Source of the DNA: Octopus sinensis
Lineage: Eukaryota
DNA length: 64,000 nucleotides
Assembly (NCBI RefSeq): GCF_006345805.1
Contig: NC_043007.1
Coordinates: 61,008,001 to 61,072,000, forward strand
Direction: 5' to 3'
The position numbers and the translations under genes are program-made. Shown here one piece after another: positions 28,001 through 36,488 of the stretch. Under the pieces are notes generated by a model. That model had not been told where the DNA came from. It did not search any database and saw only the letters and a program-made list of their open reading frames with translations. Each line of letters opens with the position of its first letter. Position 1 is the stretch's first letter.

Positions 28001-31000
28001 ATTTAATATCTTCTTGTTGCAAGACAGTGTGTGAGAGAGAATTGTGATGTTGTAGGAGAGAAATGTGTTTGCATGAATGATGGTTCAGTTGTGCTAAATG
28101 AGGATGCAAAGAGAGAGGTTTGGAGATGCCACTATGAAAGGTTGCTCAACAAAGAGAATGAATGGGATAAAGAGAGTCTGCCGAATGTCGACCCAACAGA
28201 GGGACCAGCTATCCGAGTTGACAGTACCTTGGTAGCTAAAGCAACTAAGAGTATGAAGACAGGGAAAGACCCTGGCCCATCTAGAATTACTGCAGAGATG
28301 CTCAAAATATTTGGCAGTGTCGGCTATAGCCTAGTCACCTGTATAGTTAACCAGGTGACACACGAAGGAGTCATACCCAATGATTGGTGTAGCAGCACTA
28401 TAGTCAACTGCTATAAAGGTAAAGGTGACGCCCTAGATACAAATAATTACAGAGGTATCAAGCTGTTGGATCAGGTAATGAAGGTCATGGAGAGGGTCAT
28501 AGCCCAACTAATTAGGGAGAGAGTCAGTTTAGATGAGATGCAGTTTGGTTTCGTGCCAGGGAAAAGCACCACTGATGCTATATTTCTGGTAAGACAGCTG
28601 CAGGAGAAATACCTAGCCAAAGATAAACCTCTGTATCTGGCTTTCGTTGACATGGAGAAAGCCTTTGACAGGGTCACCTGATCCCTTATCTGGTGGTCAA
28701 TGAGGAAACTAGGGATAGATGAATGGTTAATGAGAGCTGTGCAAGCCATGTACAGGGACGCTGTCAGTAAGGTGAGGGTTGGCAACGAGTACACTGAAGA
28801 ATTCTGGGTGGAGGTTGGGGTCCACCAAGGTTCAGTCCTTAGCCCCCTCCTATTTATCATAGTTCTCCAGGCAATAACAGAGGAATTCAAGACAGGATGC
28901 CCCTGGGAGCTCCTCTATGCTGATGACCTTGCTCTAATTGTTGAGTCACTATCAGAACTCGAGGAGAAGTTTCAGGTGTGGAAACAAGGATTAGAATCAA
29001 AGGGCCTTAGAGTCAACCTAGCTAAAACCTAAGTCCTAATAAGTAGGAAGGCAGGCAATCCATAAATCCCTTCAGGTAGATGGCCCTGCTCGATCTGTAA
29101 TAGAGGCGTAGGTAGAAACTCTATAAGATGTATCCAGTGTAAGCTATGGACACATAAGAGGTGCAGTAATATCAAAGGAAGGCTAACTGGGAAGATAGTT
29201 TTTGTATGTGGCAGAATGAATGAAGATTCATCATCATCATCATCATCATCGTTTAACATCCGCTTTCCATGCTAGCATGGGTTGGACGGTTCAACTGGGG
29301 TCTGGGAAGCCCGAAGGCTGCACCAGGCGAGTCAGATCTGGCAGTGTTTCTACAGCTGGATGCCCTTCCTAATGCCAACCACTCCGTGAATGTAGTCGGT
29401 GCTTTTTATGTGCCACCGACACAGGTGCCAGACGAGGCTTGCGAATGGCCACGATCGGATGGTGTTTATTATGTGCCACCAGCACGGAGGCCAGTCGATG
29501 CGGTACTGGCTACGGCCACGTTCGGATGGTTTTCTTATGTGCCACCACAAAACTACAAATTCCATTGATGTTCATCGATTTTGATTTGATACTTTGATTT
29601 TTGATTTTTGATTTTCACTTGCCTCAACAGGTCTTCACAAGTAGAGTTATGTGTCCCAAGAAGGAAGGTATGCACAGGTGGACTGACTACGTCCCAGGTA
29701 GGGTCCATTGGTTATGGCCTCACTTGTCCTGCCGGGTCTTCTCGCGCACAGCATACTTCCAAAGGTCTCGGTCTCTGGTCATTTCCTCGGTGAGACCTAA
29801 AGAGCGAAGGTCATTCTTCACCACCTCGTCCCAGATTTTCCTGGGTCTATCTCTTCCACAGGTTCCCTCAACCGCTAGGGTGTGGCACTTTTTCACACAA
29901 CTATCTTCATCCATTCTTACTACGTGTCCATACCAGTGTAGACGCCTCTCTTGCACACTACATCTGATGCTTCTTAGGTCCAACTTTTCTCTCAAGGCAC
30001 TTACACGCTGTCGGGTATGAACACTGACATTACACATCCAACGGAGCATACTGGCTTCATTTCTTGCGAGCTTACGCATGTCCTCAGCAGTCACGGCCCA
30101 TGTTTCACTGCCATGTAGCATGGCTGTTCGCACTCATGCGTCATACAGTCTGCCTTTTACTCTGAGCGAGAGGCCTTTTGTCACCAGCAGAGGTAAGAGC
30201 TCTCTGAACTTCGCCCAGGCTATTCTTACTCTAGCAGTTACACTTTCGGCACACCCACCCCCGCTACTGACTTGGTTACCTAGGTAAAGGAAACTATCAA
30301 CTATTTCAAGTTTTTCTCTCTGGAATATGGCGGAAGATGGTCTCTGCGCATTTTCAGTGTTTATTGCACCAGAGCATCTGCCACATACAAAAACTATATT
30401 CCTATTTAGCCTTCCTTTGACATTGCTGCACCTCTTATGTGTCCATAGCTTACACTTGGTGCATCTTATAGAGTTCCTACCTACGCCTTTTCTACAGATC
30501 GAGCAGGGCCATCTACCTGAAGGCGTTTGAGATTTGTCTACCTTCCTACTTATTAGGACTTTGGTTTTAGCTAGATAGACTCTAAGGCCCTTCGATTCTA
30601 ATCCTTGCTGAAACTTCTCCTCGAGTTCTGATAGTGACTCAGCAATTAGAGCAAGGTCATATTTTGAGCATCTCAGCAGTAATTCCTGATGGGCCTGGGG
30701 CTTTCCCTGTCTTCATGCTTCCAATTGGAACTGTCAACTCGGATAGCTGGTCCCTCTATTGGGTCGACATTTGGCAGACTCTCTTTATCCCATTCATTCT
30801 GCTAGGGGCGTAACCAGCCCACTTATGCATACCTTTCCTTCTTTGGACACTAAACTCTGCTTGTGAAGACCTGTTGAGGCAAGTGAAATCGAAATCAAAT
30901 TCGATGACTGGCATCTGTGCTAGTGGGGCGCAAAGAGCAGCATATGAATGTGATCATTGACAGAGCGGCTAACCAGCTTCCGTGCCAGTGGCACATAAAA

Positions 31001-32409
31001 GGCACCATTTGAGTGTGATCGTTACCAGCGTCACCTGACTGGTGTTTGTGCCCTGTGCTAGTAGGGTGCTAAGAGTACCATCCGAGCATGATTGTTGCCA
31101 GAGCAGCTAACTGGCTTCCATGCCGGTGGCATGTAAAAGGTACCATTCAAGCGTGATCGTTCCCAGCGTTGCCTTACTGGCACTTGTAAAAACATTCGAG
31201 CGAGGTCCTTGCCAGTACCTCCTGACTGGCCCCCGTACTGGTGGCATGTAAAAGCACCCACTACACTCTCAGAGTGGTTGGCGTTAGGAAGGGCATCCAG
31301 CTGTAGAAACTCTGCCAGATCAAGATTGGAGCCTGGTGCAGCCATCTGGTTCGCCAGCCCTCAGTCAAATCGTCCAACCCATGCTAGCATGGAAAGCGGA
31401 TGTTAAACGATGATGATGATGATTATGTGGCAAACTGGCAGAATCATTAGCATGCTGGGTAAAATGCTTAGTGGCATTTTGTTGTCTTTTATGTTCTCAG
31501 GTCAAATTCCACCAAGGTTGACTTTGCCTTTCATCCTTTCAGGGTTTATGAGATAAGTACCAGTTGAGCACTGGGGCCGGTTTAATTGACTTATTCTTTT
31601 TCCTGAACTTGCTGGCCTTGTGCCAAAATTTGAAACCAGTATTTAATATCATTTAGCTTCAGCTATTATATATATATATATAAATGAATCAAAACAGTTT
31701 GATTTAAATTCCCTGGTTCTCTGAGTTTCAAGCATGTAGCTAGTCTTCAGCCATTGAGTATGATTCAAAGTTCGCTTGAAGGGAGTCAATGTTTACTTGT
31801 GGACGTTAGCCTGTGAATCGTCGCTGAAATACCACCATCAAACTTCCACACTGTGTAATCTTTCTCGACGAATTGCAGGCTAACGTCCAGCAGTAAACAT
31901 TGACTGTCTTCAATTGAACTCTCATTTAGAGTGAATGGTCGAAAACTAACTACACGCTTGAAACTCAGAATTTCATCAATTTATCTTTCATGCATTAAAA
32001 AAAAAATGAAGTTAAACATTTAGCAATAATTTAAGATGTATCTGAAGTAAATTATAATTAATATAAAGAAATGTATTCATGAATGTGATTTTATTCCTGT
32101 AAAACTCACTACACTTAGATGACATTATTGCACTTTGCCCCTGACCTCTAAGCTACTTATACAGCTGTTAAGAGGATTGTGTATCGAAGAATTTTAGTTT
32201 TGATTTAATCTTTATGTATCTTTTTTTTTTTTGCAGGAAATATATCTTCTATGAAGCATTTCAAACACGAAGTCGATACCATCAAAACAGATTTTGAGTG
32301 TGGTATTAGTTTAGAAGATTTAACGATACAATTCCAGCGAGGAGATAGACTTATTTGTTATAAAGAAATTCAAGAGCCACAAAGTATAAAATGGGATGTA
32401 GGTTTTTGA
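1983..32409 (+). CDS. MTIF2: Mitochondrial translation initiation factor IF-2 (spliced; N-terminal exon(s) not located)
   Basis: Exons 1983-2094, 4035-4097, 7845-7956, 9545-9705, 11831-12007, 13502-13551, 15181-15270, 15557-15681, 17462-17540, 18721-18846, 19543-19768, 22259-22396, 24798-24962, 26187-26327, 32237-32409 join in one frame (1938 nt, 645 aa + TGA). G-domain motifs [26 protein letters not shown] and SALK are present; C-terminus KWDVGF* resembles metazoan mtIF2. All introns are GT-AG except the first (GC-AG). Confidence 0.96.
3554..3773 (+). mobile_element. piggyBac-type MITE with TTAA target site
   Basis: TTAA|CCCTTTGGCA...TGCTAAAGGG|TTAA; related copies at about 1435-1650, 38462-38682 (inverted) and 55000-55212. 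Confidence 0.88.
4035..4097 (+). CDS. MTIF2: MTIF2 exon ([21 protein letters not shown])
   Basis: ttgcag acceptor, gtaagt donor, phase 1/1; resembles DYVYEAL of mtIF2. Confidence 0.85.
6330..7585 (+). mobile_element. Tc1-family DNA transposon, full length, decayed transposase (family A copy 1)
   Basis: TA|CAGGGGTTGGACAAAATAATGGAAACA ... TGTTTCCATTATTTTGTTCAACCCCTG|TA. Frameshifted ORFs from 6511 contain [12 protein letters not shown] and FQDDNAPIH. Confidence 0.95.
7845..7956 (+). CDS. MTIF2: MTIF2 exon ([19 protein letters not shown]...KDFVR)
   Basis: AAG acceptor after a pyrimidine tract, gtgagt donor, phase 1/2; resembles IKEVITKAGMK. Confidence 0.82.
8720..9376 (+). mobile_element. CR1-type LINE, 5'-truncated 3' fragment
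   Basis: Open frame with [33 protein letters not shown] and [14 protein letters not shown]; short 3'UTR and (ATT)n tail at 9350-9376. Confidence 0.92.
9545..9705 (+). CDS. MTIF2: MTIF2 exon, P-loop ([20 protein letters not shown]...[10 protein letters not shown])
   Basis: Canonical IF2 G1/G2 motifs; ttag acceptor, gtcagt donor. Confidence 0.97.
10429..11666 (+). mobile_element. Tc1-family transposon (family B), decayed
   Basis: Left end ctctatgtgattataagtatccagacac is an imperfect inverted repeat of the right end gtgtccagatacttttgatcacatagtg|ta. Remnants GCHLSNK, GFHGRAA, WSDE and [16 protein letters not shown]. Confidence 0.9.
11831..12007 (+). CDS. MTIF2: MTIF2 exon ([20 protein letters not shown]...VAADDGVM)
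   Basis: G3 motif DTPG; cag acceptor, gtatgt donor. Confidence 0.97.
12490..12710 (-). mobile_element. SINE family B, young copy with 13 bp TSD
   Basis: TSD CTCCACACTAATC at 12477-12489 and 12711-12723; intact CpGs. Older copies at about 3066-3275, 31430-31640, 33300-33460(-), 45770-45970(-) and 59358-59560. Confidence 0.9.
13502..13551 (+). CDS. MTIF2: MTIF2 exon ([17 protein letters not shown])
   Basis: G4 NKxD motif; cag acceptor, gtaagt donor. Confidence 0.95.
14153..15167 (+). mobile_element. Helentron/HINE (DINE-1/pearl-like) non-autonomous element with internal cargo
   Basis: 5' decayed hairpin cttctacctt-agcg-atggcggagg, a (GTTT)/(GTCT) run, repeated core ggacaaggattctggattattt (about 14310 and 14970), and a 3' end ccttcgcagacg...gagtgctcttgtt. 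Confidence 0.65.
14700..14895 (+). mobile_element. Gypsy-type LTR retrotransposon integrase C-terminal (GPY/F) fragment
   Basis: [20 protein letters not shown]...[11 protein letters not shown]...SVDRLKKAF. Confidence 0.8.
15181..15270 (+). CDS. MTIF2: MTIF2 exon (EKCKRELL...[13 protein letters not shown])
   Basis: G5 SAL motif; phase 0/0. Confidence 0.95.
15557..15681 (+). CDS. MTIF2: MTIF2 exon (GTNLIDLCE...LELKGDPTG...DLHRG)
   Basis: IF2 LELKADP-like motif; phase 0/2; donor gtttga. Confidence 0.93.
17462..17540 (+). CDS. MTIF2: MTIF2 exon ([26 protein letters not shown])
   Basis: IF2 domain II motif GTLKKG; phase 2/0. Confidence 0.94.
18721..18846 (+). CDS. MTIF2: MTIF2 exon (VRAMFDERG...[18 protein letters not shown])
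   Basis: IF2 domain II motif; phase 0/0. Confidence 0.95.
19543..19768 (+). CDS. MTIF2: MTIF2 exon including the mitochondria-specific insert
   Basis: [11 protein letters not shown]...PQLSIVLKG; tandem TAG-CAG acceptor; phase 0/1. Confidence 0.92.
20278..21490 (+). mobile_element. Tc1-family transposon (family A copy 2)
   Basis: Colinear with 6330-7585; degenerate left TIR, intact right TIR ending CCAACCCCTG|TA; [16 protein letters not shown]...GRKPKLS. Confidence 0.93.
22259..22396 (+). CDS. MTIF2: MTIF2 exon ([10 protein letters not shown]...[10 protein letters not shown])
   Basis: IF2 C1 domain motif; phase 1/1. Confidence 0.96.
22556..22735 (-). mobile_element. Diverged 3' end of the same HERO-like family
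   Basis: Shares ggggtca(t/c)..ggagagaatgc and ctcactaat(g/a)tgagg with 53340-53425. Confidence 0.6.
23391..23800 (-). mobile_element. mariner transposase 3' fragment with one TIR
   Basis: [26 protein letters not shown] and the C-terminal KGDYVEK-type motif; TIR-like end gagggttgacttgaaag. Confidence 0.88.
23843..24530 (-). mobile_element. RTE 3'UTR with expanded subrepeats plus adjacent ORF remnant
   Basis: Tail motif at 23843-23880, several ggtggcac..aaaagcacc-type units, and an HGSETW-like remnant at 24400-24530. Confidence 0.8.
24798..24962 (+). CDS. MTIF2: MTIF2 exon (IIYGFNV...[12 protein letters not shown])
   Basis: IF2 C1 motif; phase 1/1. Confidence 0.95.
26187..26327 (+). CDS. MTIF2: MTIF2 exon (GEANILEIF...VAGCLCTKG)
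   Basis: IF2 C2 domain motif VAGC; phase 1/1. Confidence 0.95.
26397..27391. mobile_element. About 1 kb element bounded by imperfect TIRs
   Basis: tgctactgtg..gatggtcctgaagccatagt versus actatggcttcaggaccatc..cacagtagca (one arm has a 22 nt indel); no TSD seen. Confidence 0.6.
28030..29215 (+). mobile_element. RTE-clade LINE, reverse transcriptase fragment
   Basis: [50 protein letters not shown]; one in-frame stop at 28679-28681. Confidence 0.95.
29226..30810 (-). mobile_element. RTE-clade LINE, 5'-truncated, internally deleted copy with 3'UTR and (GAT)n tail
   Basis: [10 protein letters not shown]...[19 protein letters not shown]...GRDRPRKIW; segments are reverse complements of 28150-28290 and 28930-29215. 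Confidence 0.92.
30811..31422 (+). mobile_element. RTE 3'UTR/tail (or RTE-derived SINE) with internal subrepeats
   Basis: Same sequence family as 29226-29720; ends catgctagcatggaaagcggatgttaaacgatgatgatgatgat. Confidence 0.88.
31720..31970. repeat. Foldback element, about 105 bp imperfect arms with about 42 nt loop
   Basis: ctgagtttcaagc..gtcaatgtttac..ggacgttagcctg versus caggctaacgtcc..gtaaacattgac..gcttgaaactcag. Confidence 0.88.
32237..32409 (+). CDS. MTIF2: MTIF2 terminal exon (SMKHFKHEV...ECGISL...KWDVGF*)
   Basis: C2 motifs; TGA at 32407-32409; long T-tract acceptor. Confidence 0.96.
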
Positions 32410-32431
32410 GTATATTTATATTGTTATTTTA

Positions 32432-32445
32432 AATAAAATAATAAA
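32432..32445 (+). terminator. Tandem AATAAA polyadenylation signals of MTIF2
   Basis: AATAAA at 32432-32437 and 32440-32445, just downstream of the stop. Confidence 0.55.
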
Positions 32446-33539
32446 CTATATTATTTATATTCTGTTTCAAAGTTTCATTTGAATTAGAAACTGAGGTGCA
32501 AAAGGACAAAAAAATTATCATCATCAGTTTAACATCCACTTTTCCATGTTCAGGCAGAATTCATTGAGACAGATTTTTAACAGCTGGATACCATTCTGTC
32601 ACCAACCCTCATTTGTCTCCAAGCAAGATAAATATTCTCTTAGGGTCAGATATGTTTTCATGACAGACTGGAAGTGAACAATACTGCTTTTGTGACAGTG
32701 ACACTCATTTAAAATCATAGCATGATATCAGGGCAAAGAAACGCTCACACACATCACTAGCTTCTTTCAGTTTCTATCTATAAAATCCACTCAAGATTTT
32801 GGTTGGCTTGGGGCTGTTGTAGAAGACACTTACCCAAGGTGCCATTCAGTGGAATAGAACCTGAAACCATGCAGTTGGTAAGCAAACTTCCTAACCACAT
32901 AACCATGCCAGTAAGCAAGTCTTTGTAACTGTTGATTTTGCTTCTCCAATTCATAGTTTGCTTCTCACCATTGTTCAAATCATTACACCATCTTTGATGA
33001 GGTATTTTTCATCTACATTATTGTTATACAAAATTTTCAAGAAGGCAATAGCCTGGAAAATCAATTGGAATACGATTTCACTTAGATGATTCAATTGAAA
33101 ATGTGCTTCCAGCAATAAAATGCTCTATCATTTTTCTGTAAAGTTTCCTTGCAAGAATCATTAATACTCTACCTCAAAAATTTGATTTTTATATTTTTTT
33201 TAGATATAATTTTAGATCAAGCTTATAGATAAATAATATAATTAGAATATTTAAATGTTAATTGGCACACTCACCCACAAATTTTGCAGGTGAGTATAGT
33301 CGGTTATATTGATCCTATTACTGAATTGGTACTTTATTTTATTGATCCCTTGAAGGATGACAAGTAAAATTGATCATGGCAGGATTTGAACTGGGGATGG
33401 GCTATAGCAAAATACTGCAAATAATTTTGTCTGATGTCTAGTGATCTGCTACTCAACTGCCCTAAATGTTAAAATATTAACACAAATACCCCATTTGCTC
33501 TAAACTTAAGAGGGGAACAAATCATGCTATAAAAATCAA

Positions 33540-33618
33540 CTTCAGCTGTACATATTCTAAAATTGGAACGATACGGAGAAGATTAGCATGGCCCCTGCAC
33601 AAGGATGACACATATTTT
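33540..33618 (+). pseudogene. U6: U6 snRNA retro-pseudogene, 5' part of a U6/retroelement chimera
   Basis: cttcagctgtacatattctaaaattggaacgatacggagaagattagcatggcccctgcacaaggatgaca-catatttt matches metazoan U6 from about nt 8, with a few substitutions, an about 20 nt internal deletion, and the CATATTTT 3' end. Confidence 0.93.
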
Positions 33619-34443
33619 CTTTTCCAGGTGGTGCTCCAGCATGGCTGCAATCAGATGACTGAAACAAGTAAAACAATAAAAAGATAATAAAAGAACTATA
33701 AAATGGAGCCAACCACCCTTATAACTGAGGTGCATCATATATATTTTAGTATTTATTAATTTTAATATTGTTTCCTTATATTTAATCATGATTACAGTTT
33801 TAAAGTAGAATTTTCATGGTTTATAACCATAATAATACCTGTGCTATTATCATTTCTAGGTAGATCTCCAACCAAAGTTAATAGTTTTAACCTAATCTAC
33901 TTCTATGATAGTTAATACTTACCTGGTTTATAGCAAGTGGTCTAGGGCCACTTCTTTGACTCACTGCTGACCATCATATATAAACCATTTCTCCATGAAC
34001 CATTTAAGAGAAATATAAGAGACCTGATAGGAGAAATTTGGCTGTAAAAACAAGTATAATGGTGATGACCATGCCAGTAATGACTTTACTTCAGCTTAAT
34101 AAATGAGCAGCAATTACATCATAGAACATTCATTCAAGCCGTTTCAGAGAAACTGAAATTTACTTTTACTTTATTTCATGTGGTTTCAAAAATTTTGGCA
34201 CACAGCTGCAACCTGTTCACTGATACCAGTTCTGTGGAAATGGAATCGTATCAGTGATCAGCTTTAAAGTGAATAAAATGGCTCTTTCATGATGTAATTG
34301 CTTCAGTTTCAACACAATGTCTCAGATTAACAAGTCAGATGATAGACATGAATAACAACAAAATCAATAAAAATATATTTTCATTTATTCTTTTAACAAA
34401 AATTTAACAATTAAAAAATTTTTGATGTTTTAAGCATTCTTTT

Positions 34444-34639
34444 TTATGAATGAATCATACTGTCGACTTGATCTGCAACAATCCTTGAAATAGCTAGAGA
34501 TGATGTAGCAGCCGGAGAGGGAGCATTACGTACATGAAGGATCCTTTTAGACATATCACCAGTGCCACTGTCAAATACAAAATCATCTACCAAATTGCCA
34601 TCCTTGTCCAAAGCTTGAGCTCTCACACCAGATGGTCCT
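34444..34639 (-). CDS. L2HGDH: L2HGDH exon 9 ([10 protein letters not shown]...[10 protein letters not shown]...*)
   Basis: Phase 2 start, TAA stop; minus-strand AATAAA at 34384-34389 and 34170-34175. Confidence 0.96.
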
Positions 34640-35702
34640 CTGGGATAAAAGTAAACAACAAATCAAAACAAATGATGCAAAAAGGGAAGTAAAAGTATAT
34701 TTCTTAATGACATTGATATTTTATCCTACCTATGTTACACAGTTCTTGCTGCATTTGACAATCTAAGACTAATTTCAGAATACTGCAGGATTGAGATCCT
34801 AAAACCAAAGTACCATGTAAAAAGCACCCAGTACACTCAATATAGTGATTGGCATTAGGAAGGGCATCCAACCATAAACCAAGCAAAAACAGACTATGGA
34901 ACCTGGTGTAGCCCCTGGCCTTGCCAGTTCTTGTCAGGTTGTCCAACCCATGCCTGTATAGGAAACAGACACTAAATGTTGATGATAATGATGCTAATTT
35001 ATGTAGGGTATTTAGAAAAAGTCATCTTCAGTGTAGAAAATGATATTCTGATTTGATATAAAAAAAAAAGAAGCAAATTATTTTTTTGCTGTTCAAAATT
35101 TGCAATTAGCTATTTTAAAATAATGATGTTCTAGACATCTTTTTTCTTGTAACTGTTTCTAAATGTAAGTGGTTATAAAAATTGAAAGAACCAATGAAAG
35201 ATGATTAGAAGAGTTCAATTGAAACAGTAGCTAGTGTTTAAGTATCATTTCATCAGAATTAAGTTTTAACACTTTTTCATTAGTTTCCAATGAAGACTGA
35301 TTACTATGGCAAATGTATTGCATTTAAAGGAAATCTTAGGGATCACTCTAGCACAACTGTTTAGTAGTTTGAAAAGATTTCCAGTGGATTTTTTTTAAGA
35401 CGTTGATTTCTATCATAAGCACAAGGTAAAATACATCAACCAAGTACTTGAATGGTATTCATTTTATTATAAGTTTGAACAATAAAGTCAACCATGATAG
35501 GATTTGAACTCAGAACATAAAGATATTTTGTTTATTACTCATTTCTGCCAAACCTCACACTTCTGTACAGTTTCTATCTATCAAATTTCACTTTCAATGT
35601 GTTGGCCAACCCAAAATCTCTAACAGAAGACATTTGCCTATAGGGCCACATGGTGGGATTCCAGAAGTATGTGGTTGCAAGGTACACTTAATAACAACAG
35701 AA

Positions 35703-35739
<37 letters not shown>

Positions 35740-36086
35740 GCACACATATATATATACACACGCACACATATATATACACACGCACACATATATATATACA
35801 CACACACACATATATATATACACACACACACATATATATATATACACACACACACACATATATATATATATACATACACACACACACATATATATATATA
35901 TACATACACACACACACATATATATATATATACATACACACACACATATATATATATACACATACACAAACACATATATATATACATACACACACACACA
36001 ATATATATATACACACACACACCATATATATATACACACCACACATATATATATACACACATACACATATATATATATACACACAC

Positions 36087-36129
<43 letters not shown>

Positions 36130-36445
36130 CATACACACACACACACACACACATATATATACACCACACACACATATATATATACACACACACATATATA
36201 TAACACACACACACACATATATATATATATACATACACACACCACATATATATATATATACATACACACACACACATATATATATATATACATACACACA
36301 CACATATATATATATACACATACACAAACACATATATATATACATACACACACACACATATATATATATACATACACACACATATATATATACACACACA
36401 CACATATATATATACACACATACACATATATATATATACACACAC

Positions 36446-36488
<43 letters not shown>

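Noticed and set aside
30980-31260. Regularly spaced repeats resembling a CRISPR array
   Set aside because: The units are degenerate tandem subrepeats of an RTE 3'UTR with no unique spacers, in a eukaryotic intron.
33540-33618. Functional U6 snRNA gene
   Set aside because: The 5' end is missing, about 20 nt including the 3' side of the internal stem-loop is deleted, the ACAGAGA box reads ACGGAGA, no promoter is correctly placed, and it is fused to a retroposon tail.
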